The position numbers were made by a program, and so were the translations under genes. A DNA stretch of 25,624 nucleotides from Promethearchaeia archaeon (GTDB lineage Archaea; Asgardarchaeota; Lokiarchaeia; Sigyniarchaeales; SOKP01), in the NCBI GenBank assembly GCA_046483985.1, contig JAWOCD010000058.1, positions 1 through 25,624 of the forward strand. Direction: 5' to 3'. Positions 25,345 through 25,624 of the stretch are shown here, in pieces. The stretch's first letter is position 1, and each line of letters starts with the position of its first letter. The notes below the pieces were generated by a model. The model was not told the DNA's origin, made no database searches, and saw only the letters and a program-made list of their open reading frames with translations.

Positions 25345-25624
25345 TTATGGAAATAAATCCCTAAAATTCTTTACATCAGAAATCTGAAAATTTAAATCTA
25401 TTACTTTAGGTGTGTGAATATGTGAAATTGCTTTCCAGATCAACTTCCTACCGACATTTTTGAAAAGATCAATAGCAATTATGAGATGAATCAACTGTAC
25501 AAATGCTATCATGGGATAAGTCACAAATGACCCTGCTAAACCTAAGGGACCCTGTAAATTAAGAATAAAAGTCATTATGACAGATATTCCGGTATATCCT
25601 TTTACTATTCTAAAAATAACGCTT
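25345..25624 (-). CDS. Partial (C-terminal) membrane protein entering from the right edge
   Basis: The frame stays open upstream of the tracked ATG to the window edge (SVIFRIVKGYTGISVIMTFILNLQ...), with two hydrophobic helices. Confidence 0.7.
   Translation of the reverse strand, partial: SVIFRIVKGYTGISVIMTFILNLQGPLGLAGSFVTYPMIAFVQLIHLIIAIDLFKNVGRKLIWKAISHIHTPKVIDLNFQISDVKNFRDLFP

Overview
AT-rich archaeal DNA, most likely an Asgard archaeon (Lokiarchaeia-like). That assignment is an inference from a gelsolin-domain protein, an ABCE1/RLI ribosome-recycling ATPase, an HTH_10 regulator and BRE/TATA promoters. The window holds about 22 genes. They include a glycoside hydrolase group (membrane GH-A enzyme, GH63, GH38) interrupted by a tandem DGC zinc-protein pair, an acyl-CoA dehydrogenase fused to rubredoxin, and two recently duplicated 7-TM proteins. 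There is also a gelsolin-plus-extra-domain protein, a metallophosphoesterase operon, a DEAD-box helicase and a redox group (46-aa rubredoxin missed by the ORF track, 2x[4Fe-4S] protein, iron-sulfur flavoprotein, glutaredoxin-like protein). The most striking non-coding signal is a set of IS200/IS605-type end sequences in four intergenic regions, all on the minus strand. Three of them are 44-48 nt units reading TTTAT | linker - single hairpin with TTTA loop - tail ending TCAA, i.e. a left-end cut site and a right-end cut site around ONE hairpin. No intact transposase or TnpB is present in the window. No rRNA, tRNA or CRISPR array was seen. All family calls come from motif recognition by eye, not database searches.
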